A stretch of DNA of 64,000 bases from a virus (IMGVR_UViG_3300002835_000006), one strand, 5' to 3'. Shown: positions 8,636-17,808, counted from the first letter of the stretch. Made by a program: numbers and translations. Notes: generated by a model from the letters alone, not told the origin.

Positions 8636-9358
8636 ATGAAACGAATCCTTGTGGTCGCAATCGCCCTAATTTCATCAACTACTTTATTTGCACAATCTGA
8701 CGAGTATGGTTCATCAGAATATTGGGCATCTAATGGAACGAAGACGAAAAAATCGCAATCCGTCACTCCCGAAAAAAATATAGTAAGTAAAACTCCTCAG
8801 AACAACTACAATTCTGACGATACACTTTTTGTTAGTCAGTTGAGTGACCGTGAGTATTACAAAAAATTCAAAGACAACTATGAATTCAAATACATTAAAC
8901 TTATGGATGGTTCCGTACTCGGAGTTGGAGACGAAGTGAAATTCGGTAAACCCGTAGGTGGAAATAGAGTTGCTCAAACAAATATAGGGATTGGGTCAGG
9001 AAGTGTTCATACAACCGAAGCTTATTCAACTATGGTTCTTGGACGTTTAGGATTGTCTGTGATGGGTGGTATGCAGTGGTTACCTTCCGCAGGTATTGTT
9101 GGTACAAAAATAAAAATATTGGAAATCAAAAGAAGTCGTATTATTTTAGGAACAGAAAGGGCCTTTGCAACTGTCTTGAACCTTGAACAAGCATTCCTTA
9201 TTGGCGAGTTGGAAAATCTTAAAAGACCCATGAACCGTAATGAGGCGATTGCTAAGTTGAAAGAGTCGAAAGACCTTTTGGATTTGGGAATGATGCAACA
9301 AGAAGACTATAATAAATTAAAATCGGAATTGACCCCGATTATCATGGGAAATAAGTAA
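8636..9358 (+). CDS. secreted protein with C-terminal SHOCT-like domain
   Basis: Signal peptide ending LFA/Q; EAIAKLKESKDLLDLGMMQQEDYNKLKSEL; TATATTTG promoter 8606-13. Confidence 0.75.
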   Translation: MKRILVVAIALISSTTLFAQSDEYGSSEYWASNGTKTKKSQSVTPEKNIVSKTPQNNYNSDDTLFVSQLSDREYYKKFKDNYEFKYIKLMDGSVLGVGDEVKFGKPVGGNRVAQTNIGIGSGSVHTTEAYSTMVLGRLGLSVMGGMQWLPSAGIVGTKIKILEIKRSRIILGTERAFATVLNLEQAFLIGELENLKRPMNRNEAIAKLKESKDLLDLGMMQQEDYNKLKSELTPIIMGNK

Positions 9359-9402
9359 TTTCGAACCCTCACCAATCGGTGGGGGTTTAATATTTATCAA
9401 AG

Positions 9403-10215
9403 ATGAGACAACTTATCAGGAATATTATTAGAGAACATCTTACTGAAATGGCTAAAAAAGCTGAGTGGGAAAATTATACTAAGGAAATGGTTATTGCTGA
9501 TGTTGCTAAATCTTACAACAAAGTAGATTTTAGGGCAAGATTTCCAAACTCATACAGGGCTGCGAGAAATAAAGGTTGGTATGACGAGGTCACCGAACCT
9601 TTGGTAAAGGTTAAAGACGATAGAGGTAGAATTATATACGCTTTTGAATTTCCTGATAAATCAGTTTATGTGGGATTAACGGTGGTTGAAAAAAGAAGGT
9701 ATAATTCTCACATATTTGGAAATTCACCAGTTGCCTTACACTCCATTTTAACCTCAAAAGAACCAACCTATAAAATTATTGCAAGCAATTTATCACCTGA
9801 AGAGTCAAGAGAGATGGAAGCTTGCACTGTAGAAAAGTATAAAATTGATGGATGGAAAATATTGAACAAGTATGCAACAGGTAGTTTAGGAAAATGTAGA
9901 AATTTTTGGACAAAGGAGTTGGTGAAAAAAATTGCGGATAAGTACGAGAAAAGAATCGATTTCAAAAACAAAGACAATAATGCGTATCAAGCAGCTCAAA
10001 AATATGGTTGGTTGGACAATGTAACTTCTCATATGGATTATGTTGATAGAACAATTTGGACATATGAAAAAACAAAGGATTTTGCAAAAAAATTTAAGAC
10101 ACGTTCCGAATTCAAAAGGGGGAATTACCAAGCATGGGCTAATTCTTGGAAAAACGGATGGTTAGATGAATTTTTTCCAATAAAATTGAAGAATCAATTT
10201 GATAATAGATTATGA
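9403..10215 (+). CDS. GIY-YIG family endonuclease with flanking helical repeats
   Basis: RIIYAFEF...VYVGLT...RR...H and E motif; three 'W/Y-T-x-E...F...AY.AA.K.GW.D' repeats; leader MRQLIRNIIRE. Confidence 0.75.
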   Translation: MRQLIRNIIREHLTEMAKKAEWENYTKEMVIADVAKSYNKVDFRARFPNSYRAARNKGWYDEVTEPLVKVKDDRGRIIYAFEFPDKSVYVGLTVVEKRRYNSHIFGNSPVALHSILTSKEPTYKIIASNLSPEESREMEACTVEKYKIDGWKILNKYATGSLGKCRNFWTKELVKKIADKYEKRIDFKNKDNNAYQAAQKYGWLDNVTSHMDYVDRTIWTYEKTKDFAKKFKTRSEFKRGNYQAWANSWKNGWLDEFFPIKLKNQFDNRL

Positions 10216-10280
10216 CCACATTCTCATGACGGACCATCTCAGAGAGTGGGGTCGGACTATTTATTGTTGATGAAATATAT
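10214..10280 (+). repeat. intergenic repeat element copy 2
   Basis: 21-nt identity with copy 1; 31-nt identity (10250-80) with 11318-48. Confidence 0.85.
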
Positions 10281-10533
10281 TGTAACTGAACCACAACTTT
10301 CTGTTTTTTTGAGAAGAAGGGTTTCCCCTGAGGAACTTGAAGAGATGGTGAATCATACAAAAAAACAAATCGATGGTGGTGAAAAAGTTGGTTATGCCGT
10401 TAGAGAATCTATACGTTCGTTTTTGGACAAAACTCTTCCCGAAACCCACGATGTTGCAGAGTATTGGAATTATTATCATATGTTGGAAAAACCACTTGTT
10501 GCTTATATCAAGTTTCAGCTAGGTTTCAGGTGA
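10270..10533 (+). CDS. leader-bearing small helical protein, 'RRR' family
   Basis: MKYIVTEPQL...FLRRRVS. Confidence 0.75.
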   Translation: MKYIVTEPQLSVFLRRRVSPEELEEMVNHTKKQIDGGEKVGYAVRESIRSFLDKTLPETHDVAEYWNYYHMLEKPLVAYIKFQLGFR

Positions 10534-10576
10534 CCATCTCAGATAATGGGGTCGTGATATTTATTTTTGATGAAAT
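10532..10576 (+). repeat. intergenic repeat element copy 3
   Basis: GACCATCTCAGATAATGGGGTCGTGATATTTATTTTTGATGAAAT. Confidence 0.8.
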
Positions 10577-10965
10577 ATATTATTTCTGAAAACCAATACA
10601 ATTTTCTTCTTGAGGGTCTTCACGACACGTCATGGCAGAATGAAGAGGGTGATAAAATTACTCTTATTAATTTGTTGGATGCAACAAAAGACATCCCCGT
10701 TCAGGAACTATCTGTAAAGCAATTACAACCTCATCTTTTGACTTGGGATGGTAATGATGAGGAGATTACCAAAATTGAAAAGGCGGACTTAAAATACCCC
10801 ATATTGATTTTCGTGAATGATGATGGTGAGTTCATAACAATTATTGATGGACATCATAGAGCTCAAAAAGCAGTCAGAAAAGGTTTGGATACAATCAAAG
10901 CTAAAGTTATTACGCTTAGTTCTTTACCCAAGAAAATTAGAAAAGTATTTTCACATCTCAGATAA
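10570..10965 (+). CDS. ParB/Srx-like domain protein with leader
   Basis: ADLKYPILI...IIDGHHRAQKA; MKYIISENQYNFLLE. Confidence 0.8.
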   Translation: MKYIISENQYNFLLEGLHDTSWQNEEGDKITLINLLDATKDIPVQELSVKQLQPHLLTWDGNDEEITKIEKADLKYPILIFVNDDGEFITIIDGHHRAQKAVRKGLDTIKAKVITLSSLPKKIRKVFSHLR

Positions 10966-10996
10966 AGGGGTAAGACTATTTATTGTTGATGAAATA
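10954..10996 (+). repeat. intergenic repeat element copy 4
   Basis: CATCTCAGATAAAGGGGTAAGACTATTTATTGTTGATGAAATA; overlaps stop of upstream gene and start of downstream gene. Confidence 0.8.
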
Positions 10997-11315
10997 CGTT
11001 ATCACAGAATCCCAATATAATTTTCTAAAAGAATCGTTTGTTCCAATCTCAATTAGAAGAAGAGCGAATGAAGAAACTCTGAAACAATATATAAGTTTGG
11101 GAGAAATGAATTACCCCACCCTTTGTGATGATTTCGGTGATGCCTATGACTATGCCGATGCGGTTATTGATTATGGTCTCGATGAATTTCTTGGTGATGC
11201 TTTGGAGGACGAGGACTATTATAGTTATATAATGGATTATCTTAGAACCTTATGTAGAGATTTATTTGGTCAATATCTGATTGACATCTATGAACAAACT
11301 TGTTCAGAGGAATAA
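10989..11315 (+). CDS. leader-bearing small helical protein, 'RRR' family
   Basis: MKYVITESQYNFLKE...SIRRRANE. Confidence 0.8.
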   Translation: MKYVITESQYNFLKESFVPISIRRRANEETLKQYISLGEMNYPTLCDDFGDAYDYADAVIDYGLDEFLGDALEDEDYYSYIMDYLRTLCRDLFGQYLIDIYEQTCSEE

Positions 11316-11317
11316 AT

Positions 11318-11348
11318 GGTCGGACTATTTATTGTTGATGAAATATAT
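11318..11348 (+). repeat. intergenic repeat element copy 5 (right half)
   Basis: GGTCGGACTATTTATTGTTGATGAAATATAT identical to 10250-80. Confidence 0.85.
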
Positions 11349-11643
11349 CATTACAGAAAGACAACTCAAAAATTTGAGAGTAAGAAGAAATATTTTTGAT
11401 GAATTACCAAAATATGTTACTTCTACATTTAAATGGTTAAATCCAAAAGCATTCAATAATTTTGATGAATTTATAGAAAGAGTTATTTTTTCTACAACGA
11501 GAGATTATGTTGGTGAATTTATAGACGGTCCCGAAGAATTCGATGATTTAACAAATATGATTGAACCCACAGTTAGAGACATGGTGATGGGTCGATATTA
11601 TGATGAGATTTTGGATTATTATAATAATCATTTCAAAACCTAA
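11338..11643 (+). CDS. leader-bearing small helical protein, 'RRR' family
   Basis: MKYIITERQL...LRVRRN. Confidence 0.8.
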   Translation: MKYIITERQLKNLRVRRNIFDELPKYVTSTFKWLNPKAFNNFDEFIERVIFSTTRDYVGEFIDGPEEFDDLTNMIEPTVRDMVMGRYYDEILDYYNNHFKT

Positions 11644-11655
11644 CTATTTATTGTT

Positions 11656-12675
11656 ATGCCAAATGTATTCAAATCAGGAAGCACTTCAACCAACGGGAGT
11701 ATCTACAAAGGCCAATTTACAATTGGAGTTGACACAAGTAGGGATTTCGGGCCAACCTCAGCAACAAGTTTTTGGAATGGGATTGTGCCAGCAGCAAGTG
11801 GTTACACAATATATCAAAACAAAGCAGCAAATGGACCGAGCATCAGAACTGCTGCAAACGACTCGGCTTTAGTTAGTATTTTACAGAGTATGGGCTCGAC
11901 AGGTTCGACAGCCGCAAACGTTTTGGATTGGGCTTCACAACAATCAAGCATAATGGTTGCTAATATTGATTATCCAAGTATTAGAATGACAACCCAAATT
12001 CCCTACCAGACCATGTTATTAGATGCGGGTTATGTTTCTTCATATCCGAGACAAGGAACAACATGGAGAGATTTGGGCGGATTTAATCAAAATGGGACTT
12101 TGGTAAATGGACCGACATTTAGCTCCGTAGATGGAGGGAGTATTGTTTTTGATGGAACAAATGACTCAGTAACATTATCAACAACCCCTTTGAAACTTGG
12201 AACCGGTGCTTGGTCATTATCTTGTTGGTGGAAGGCAAATGGTACTCAAGCCGACTTCTCATCGATTATGAGTCTCAATTTCGTTGCTAGTAATATCTCA
12301 CAAGGTTCTTGGGCCTTCAAAGTCAAAAATGCTACCGCTCAAAACGTGTTTTCATTTTCATACGCTTCTGCACTAAACACCATTGTTGATGTTACAAGTT
12401 CTGCTGCGTGTAATGATGGAAACTGGCACAATCTCGTAATTACAAGGAGCGGTACGTCCTGTATAATGTATATGGATGCGGTTAGCGTGGGAACCTTTAC
12501 ATTACCGAATAACTTCAATTTGACAGGGACTGCTAATGCAAACTTAGGATTTACTCCAAGAGATAATGCTTATATAAAAGGTAATGTTGCATTTTGTTCT
12601 ATTAATGGTTTTGCTTTGACTGCGGAACAGGTGACCTCAAACTTTAACGCCCTCAAGGGTAGGTTCGGATTATAA
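11656..12675 (+). CDS. LamG/concanavalin-A-like domain protein (virion adhesin candidate)
   Basis: LDAG...SYP..GTTW.DL...NGTLVNGPTF...GGSIVFDGTND...DGNWHNLVITR...F..L..RFG. Confidence 0.85.
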   Translation: MPNVFKSGSTSTNGSIYKGQFTIGVDTSRDFGPTSATSFWNGIVPAASGYTIYQNKAANGPSIRTAANDSALVSILQSMGSTGSTAANVLDWASQQSSIMVANIDYPSIRMTTQIPYQTMLLDAGYVSSYPRQGTTWRDLGGFNQNGTLVNGPTFSSVDGGSIVFDGTNDSVTLSTTPLKLGTGAWSLSCWWKANGTQADFSSIMSLNFVASNISQGSWAFKVKNATAQNVFSFSYASALNTIVDVTSSAACNDGNWHNLVITRSGTSCIMYMDAVSVGTFTLPNNFNLTGTANANLGFTPRDNAYIKGNVAFCSINGFALTAEQVTSNFNALKGRFGL

Positions 12676-12687
12676 AAATCAAATTTT

Positions 12688-12945
12688 ATGTATAACGAGA
12701 GGAAATTTATGATATTTAATGTTTCAGAGTTAGGAAATATTGATTTCACACAAGTACAAGAAACATCCGTTGAAACTGTTAGAGTTTCTGTGGATGGAAC
12801 TAAAACGTTTGTAAAGTGGGATGGAGAGGATATACCTACGTCTGTAAACTCTTTAACAACGAAAGAAGGCCCTTATACCTATTCAGAGATTTTAGAAATA
12901 CTTGCCACTCTAGAATGGACTGACCCTCTTTCATATAACCAATAG
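12688..12945 (+). CDS. conserved small phage protein downstream of LamG gene
   Basis: IDFTQVQETS.ETVR.S.DGTKTFVKWDG pattern recalled from freshwater phages. Confidence 0.7.
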   Translation: MYNERKFMIFNVSELGNIDFTQVQETSVETVRVSVDGTKTFVKWDGEDIPTSVNSLTTKEGPYTYSEILEILATLEWTDPLSYNQ

Positions 12946-12958
12946 TATATTAATCATC

Positions 12959-13030
12959 ATGAATTTGAATGAAAACATATCACGAGTAAAATAATTGATG
13001 GGTCTAACAATACAAATCTTTTTAAATTAT
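12959..13030 (+). pseudogene. leader-only gene remnant with in-frame stop
   Basis: MNLNENISRVK*LMGL; TAA at 12992-94 interrupts a leader like those of ORFs 44833 and 60236. Confidence 0.5.
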
Positions 13031-13040
13031 AACAAGGTAA

Positions 13041-13298
13041 ATGAAAATTTTAATTACCGAAACACAAAAAACTTGGTTATTAAGAAGGCTGGGAGAAATC
13101 GATGATTATGTTGATTTGGCTTTGAGACGTGTTGACCCACACGACTATACATTTCATGATTATATCGAAGAGATTGCTTGGCAAGTTGCGGATGAGTATG
13201 GAAATTTAAAGAAAGATGATATAGAAACAATTTTGGATTATGTTCGTGAGAAATATTGGAAAATAATAGAATTACGTTATTTGAAACAAAACGATTAA
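13041..13298 (+). CDS. leader-bearing small helical protein, 'RRR' family
   Basis: MKILITETQ...LLRRLGE. Confidence 0.8.
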   Translation: MKILITETQKTWLLRRLGEIDDYVDLALRRVDPHDYTFHDYIEEIAWQVADEYGNLKKDDIETILDYVREKYWKIIELRYLKQND

Positions 13299-13335
13299 AT
13301 GAATTCAGAAGGTATAATTCTCATATTTATTTAAG

Positions 13336-13842
13336 ATGAGATACATCATAACAGAATCACAATTAAAAAGGATAATCGAGCAAGACGATTGGGTGAGAAA
13401 GGCTGCATCAGGACCACAAAAGTGTGGTAAAGACGCCAAATGGTGCGGTGATAATGAAGGTTCAAGTGACGGTGGGAAAGTTCGTAGAGAAAAAACCATG
13501 AGTCCGAGACAACAAGAAAAATATAACGAAACTGAATATTGGAATAATCAACTTCTTGGGGATGTAACTGGGTTACCTGATTATTCTCAAAGAGTTGATG
13601 TAATTAAAAATCAAATAGGGTCTTTGTCCGGAAAATTATCAATGGATGATAGAATCAAACTTGTTATCAATTTAACTAACAAATTGAACAAACCCTCACC
13701 ATGGTGGTTTACTAACGCGGTGAAAAAAATGGTACAACCGAAGGGTGAAAAATTTACTGATAGTGATATTATAAAACTTGTGAATATGAAAGGTGGATTC
13801 GATGCATTCAAAAAGTATTATCTGTCGGATGTGATAATCTGA
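13336..13842 (+). CDS. leader-bearing hypothetical protein
   Basis: MRYIITESQLKRIIEQ; CxxxxxWC motif. Confidence 0.8.
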   Translation: MRYIITESQLKRIIEQDDWVRKAASGPQKCGKDAKWCGDNEGSSDGGKVRREKTMSPRQQEKYNETEYWNNQLLGDVTGLPDYSQRVDVIKNQIGSLSGKLSMDDRIKLVINLTNKLNKPSPWWFTNAVKKMVQPKGEKFTDSDIIKLVNMKGGFDAFKKYYLSDVII

Positions 13843-13865
13843 TATTTATTTTCAACCACCCTAAC

Positions 13866-14504
13866 ATGAAATATTTTATTACAGAGTCACAATTAAAGGT
13901 TTTACTTGAACAAAATCCATCAGTGAACTCTAATCAATCACAAAGATGTGATGAATGGAAAAATAAAACGTTTGTTCAGGGAGATGGTGTAAATACTCCA
14001 AAAATCACTATAACAAAAACACCAAAACTAATTGAAGGTTTGTATGAAGGACCTGATAAAGGTGGATGTATACAAAGAGCAAGTAAGAATGATTACGATT
14101 CTCCTCATCAACTTGCGGGAATCACAGTATTTTATGAGGCGGCCCCCTATCTAAAAGAGCTTTATAAAAATGGGATTTTTGTAAAACCGGACATGGATAA
14201 TATTTCCATGGAAAGAATAAGAAACAAAAAATTCAAAATATCAATTCCATTATTACCTACCACCGAAGATAAGGCGGTCACGAGTATAAATGAAAGAGGT
14301 GGTATGGGACACGAAGGAGATTTAACTGAAATTGATAACATTTTCAACAACCCCGACCACATTTACGTAACGAAAAAAAGATTGCAAGAAGGTGATATGA
14401 CTGAAACGTTTGTAAGTTTCAGAAATATTAAAAATTTTCCCATCAAAACAACACAACAAAAAGCCGATAGATTTGCCTCAGAGAAAACAAAATTTGAGCC
14501 GTAA
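13866..14504 (+). CDS. leader-bearing hypothetical protein
   Basis: MKYFITESQLKVLLEQ; ends DRFASEKTKFEP. Confidence 0.8.
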   Translation: MKYFITESQLKVLLEQNPSVNSNQSQRCDEWKNKTFVQGDGVNTPKITITKTPKLIEGLYEGPDKGGCIQRASKNDYDSPHQLAGITVFYEAAPYLKELYKNGIFVKPDMDNISMERIRNKKFKISIPLLPTTEDKAVTSINERGGMGHEGDLTEIDNIFNNPDHIYVTKKRLQEGDMTETFVSFRNIKNFPIKTTQQKADRFASEKTKFEP

Positions 14505-14526
14505 ATAAAAACAAAGTATTTAATTT

Positions 14527-14784
14527 ATGGAATACATTTTGACAGAGACACAATTACTTAGTATAATTGAAAACAATTCACCTGAAAAGGATAATACTGT
14601 GAAAATAACGGGTAAAATTTTAGACCCTACCAACATGACTCCCGATGAAAAAGAGGAGTTTAAATTGAAGGAAAAGGTGGTTTTAGACAAGTCTGAGTTG
14701 GAGTATCCAATAGTTTTAGTTCAACTCAAAGATGGTAAGTATATTATCTTTGATGTAAATCATGGTATCGATTTAGATTCGTAA
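14527..14784 (+). CDS. leader-bearing truncated/degenerate ParB-like protein
   Basis: SELEYPIVLV...IIFDVNHG then stop; aligns by eye with ORF 10570. Confidence 0.6.
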   Translation: MEYILTETQLLSIIENNSPEKDNTVKITGKILDPTNMTPDEKEEFKLKEKVVLDKSELEYPIVLVQLKDGKYIIFDVNHGIDLDS

Positions 14785-14788
14785 TTCT

Positions 14789-15109
14789 ATGGAGGGATTC
14801 GAAAGATTTTTGGAAATGTTGAATTTAGTTTACTATGTGGACTATTCTACTATGGGTATAAATAACAAGGGTATACCTTGGTGTTGTATAAAAGTTTCAG
14901 TTTATCAAGATAAAAAGCCTCAGTATTTACAACATCATTGTTATGAAAAAAATGGTAAGTTTGCAATATATTCCGAAGGAAACCAAGAGATGGGAGTAAA
15001 CGAGGGTAAATTGAAAATTTGGGGTGATGACCTAGCTGTGGACAATTATTTTGAAAAATTAGCAAGAACTTTAGCAAAAGAACATTTCTATGATATCAAC
15101 GAAGAATAA
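14789..15109 (+). CDS. hypothetical protein
   Basis: 106 aa ORF, tight operon spacing. Confidence 0.65.
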   Translation: MEGFERFLEMLNLVYYVDYSTMGINNKGIPWCCIKVSVYQDKKPQYLQHHCYEKNGKFAIYSEGNQEMGVNEGKLKIWGDDLAVDNYFEKLARTLAKEHFYDINEE

Positions 15110-15281
15110 AAAAATTATAGAAGGTTTAATATCTCGTAATAGAGAAGATAATTTTACTTTCACTGAAGAAGACTTGTTGAGGGTATATAGGGCAACAGGT
15201 ATACCAGAAAGTAAATTTTTTATAGATTATTATTTGAGAGGAATTGAAAATCTAACCAACAGAACTATCCACATAATCTAA
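15090..15281 (+). CDS. hypothetical protein
   Basis: 63 aa ORF overlapping previous stop. Confidence 0.5.
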   Translation: MISTKNKKIIEGLISRNREDNFTFTEEDLLRVYRATGIPESKFFIDYYLRGIENLTNRTIHII

Positions 15282-15306
15282 TTTTTTCTGATATATTTAT
15301 TTTATT

Positions 15307-15657
15307 ATGAAATATATCATTACAGAAGAACAACTAAAAAGTTTATCTGAGCAAAAAATACCCAGGTCCCTCAGGAGACGATTGACGGAAGATAATCTAA
15401 GAAAACACGTTGAAAGGGCGATAGAAGATGAAGGGGAGGATTTTTGTGAAATTTACGACGATGGTTTTGAATTTGCAGATGAAGTAATTTCCAACGCGGT
15501 TGAGTCCTTTTTACAAGACGAGGAAAACGTTTCAGACTTAGATTTCAACATTGACAACGAAATTGATTATATGTTAAAAGATGTAATTAAAGAAATGTTC
15601 AGTGAGGAAATTTTTGACAGATACGTTGAGGTCTGTGGAAATGAATGGATGTCCTAA
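15307..15657 (+). CDS. leader-bearing small helical protein, 'RRR' family
   Basis: MKYIITEEQLKSLSEQ...SLRRRLTE. Confidence 0.8.
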   Translation: MKYIITEEQLKSLSEQKIPRSLRRRLTEDNLRKHVERAIEDEGEDFCEIYDDGFEFADEVISNAVESFLQDEENVSDLDFNIDNEIDYMLKDVIKEMFSEEIFDRYVEVCGNEWMS

Positions 15658-15666
15658 TTTATCATC

Positions 15667-16401
15667 ATGAAATTTTATATATCAGATTATCAATATAAGG
15701 TTCTTACTGAAATTTCAAGAACAAGTGGACATTATCACTCACAACCAATATATGAACTTATAGACTATTTCGATAATTCTCTTACACGCAAACAGAAAAT
15801 AAAAATTTTTAAAGAATTTACTTCAAAGGTTTTTGGAGATGTTGAAAAACTACCTAAATCTAACATTCTAAATTTTTATTCATACCCCTATACAAGTAGT
15901 GCGGAACTTCCAGAACAATTTTTAAAAAAAGATTTTTTATCTGGTTTTGCGTTTTATGTTGCAAAAAATTATTTTAATCTTAAATCTGGAGTACAATTGG
16001 ATTATATCGAAGAAAATGATGAAGGTTTAATAACATATTATTTTTTTGATTCAGGATTGAAGATATTCATAGGTAAAATTGCAACAAAACCCAATGATGA
16101 ATTTTCAGGTGTATCTTTGAGAGTTTCATTATCAACCGCAGACGATGAGTTGATTGGGACAGGATATGGAACAAAAATGTACTTGAGTATTATAGATGAC
16201 ATTGACTACCTTTCGTCGGATTATACTCTTTTCACAGGTGCCTACAGAATATGGAAACACACTTTACCAAAATATGTAAATGTTTGGGGAGTAACGGAAA
16301 AAGAGATGGGTGCAGAATTTAAAAAAATAGAACCGTCAGATAAGAAAGAAGTTAGAAAATATGATTATTTTGTGGCCTCAACCCATTCAGAACTCAGATA
16401 A
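15667..16401 (+). CDS. leader-bearing protein with GNAT-like C-terminus
   Basis: ELIGTGYGTKMY (acetyl-CoA-loop-like) followed by SDYTL...A.RIW. Confidence 0.55.
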   Translation: MKFYISDYQYKVLTEISRTSGHYHSQPIYELIDYFDNSLTRKQKIKIFKEFTSKVFGDVEKLPKSNILNFYSYPYTSSAELPEQFLKKDFLSGFAFYVAKNYFNLKSGVQLDYIEENDEGLITYYFFDSGLKIFIGKIATKPNDEFSGVSLRVSLSTADDELIGTGYGTKMYLSIIDDIDYLSSDYTLFTGAYRIWKHTLPKYVNVWGVTEKEMGAEFKKIEPSDKKEVRKYDYFVASTHSELR

Positions 16402-16421
16402 ATTTTTTTAAAATTATTCCT

Positions 16422-16754
16422 ATGGAACTTTTTAACGAGTTTTTTGTGTCGTTTGAAGTTGTAATAGGACCAAAAATTGTTTTTATTTCCAAAAGTAAAA
16501 TTGGTAATATAATTTTGTTTCCCTCACAAAAGAACATTTTTGTTAAAGAGCCCTCACATTGTTTCATTTATGATAACGGAGATATAGAACTGTCTGAAGC
16601 AATACAAAAATTTTCTCTATACACAGATACACCAATTGTAGAAATCAAAAGTCTTTGTAATTCAATATGGTCTGAAGAAATAGGATTTGAAGAACTATTT
16701 ATTGAAAACAATCAAACATCCAAAAAATTATGGACCAAACATATCAGATTTTGA
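16422..16754 (+). CDS. hypothetical protein
   Basis: 110 aa ORF. Confidence 0.6.
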   Translation: MELFNEFFVSFEVVIGPKIVFISKSKIGNIILFPSQKNIFVKEPSHCFIYDNGDIELSEAIQKFSLYTDTPIVEIKSLCNSIWSEEIGFEELFIENNQTSKKLWTKHIRF

Positions 16755-17050
16755 GAACTATGATTGAACGTTTAATAATCCCACAATACCCGTCAGTCCG
16801 AATTCATAAAATAGATAGTTACAAACTTACAAATAACACAGAATATGATGTCTATATTTCAACTAAAAATAAGTTACCTATAGAGGACCAAATGAGGATA
16901 GATAGTGAGGTTAAAAATTTTTTTAAAATGGCTGGACTTGACAAAATTGGTCAGAACAAAACTCAAAAAGATACTATTTTAGTTTGGTTCAAAACACCAC
17001 GTGCTAAAGAATGGTCTTTCCATGGGTCACCAGATTACAAACATCATTAA
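16730..17050 (+). CDS. hypothetical protein, 'YPxI' family
   Basis: LIIPQYPSVRI...FFKMAGL. Confidence 0.7.
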   Translation: MDQTYQILRTMIERLIIPQYPSVRIHKIDSYKLTNNTEYDVYISTKNKLPIEDQMRIDSEVKNFFKMAGLDKIGQNKTQKDTILVWFKTPRAKEWSFHGSPDYKHH

Positions 17051-17091
17051 ACGTAGTTCAGTTTTGTTCTATTTTTTTTATATTTTGGGTA

Positions 17092-17808
17092 ATGCACAAT
17101 ACTTTCCCTAAGTTTTCAGATTTCCCTGAAATTTCCATGAAGTTCAATTTGAACTTTTATATAATGCCTTGGCATGGTTCTCATTCTTTGAGACTGAACA
17201 ATCATCTTTTTCCATGGTCATTGTCAGAACAAGAGGCAAATATTTTGTATGATTGTATTATAAAATATAATTTGAAATCCGGTTTTGAAATTGCAACCGC
17301 TTTTGGAATTTCGTCGACATTCATGGGCTTAGCATTAAAAGAAACTAATGGAAAACTTGTCACAATGGATGCTTATATTGAAGAGCTTTTTAACAGTGAA
17401 ACCGAAATTAAAAATTATGGGGTAAATGATGAAAATACATACGAGAATGCCGATGGTTATAAAATGGCAAGTAAATTGATAGAATATTTCAAAATAAAAG
17501 AATTCGTAAACTTGAAAATTGGGTGGTCTCCAACTGATACAGGAAGAGTAATAGAAGAGGTTCATGGGTCAAATAAGTTAGATTTCGCCTTTATTGACGG
17601 AGGACATAGTGCGGAACAAATACAATATGATACAGAAGCAATAATGGAGTATCTTGATGAAGATTGTGTTTTATTTTATCATGACCATTTTTCTTTAGCG
17701 GGAGAAACAATAATTTATTTAAATAAAAATAAGTTTAAATTCATGGAGAATTTCCGCACAAAGTTTAATTTGTGTATGTATGGTAGAGGAAAATTTTTAA
17801 ATTCATAA
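17092..17808 (+). CDS. class I SAM-dependent methyltransferase (Methyltransf_24-like)
   Basis: GFEIATAFGISS; LVTMDAY; LDFAFIDGGHS; LFYHD. Confidence 0.8.
   Translation: MHNTFPKFSDFPEISMKFNLNFYIMPWHGSHSLRLNNHLFPWSLSEQEANILYDCIIKYNLKSGFEIATAFGISSTFMGLALKETNGKLVTMDAYIEELFNSETEIKNYGVNDENTYENADGYKMASKLIEYFKIKEFVNLKIGWSPTDTGRVIEEVHGSNKLDFAFIDGGHSAEQIQYDTEAIMEYLDEDCVLFYHDHFSLAGETIIYLNKNKFKFMENFRTKFNLCMYGRGKFLNS

Noticed and set aside
10570-10965. Plasmid or prophage partition system
   Set aside because: Isolated ParB/Srx-like domain with no HTH, no parA and no visible parS array.
7910-11348. CRISPR array
   Set aside because: Repeats are separated by whole genes (260-2300 nt), vary in length and overlap starts and stops; no 30-40 nt spacers and no cas genes.
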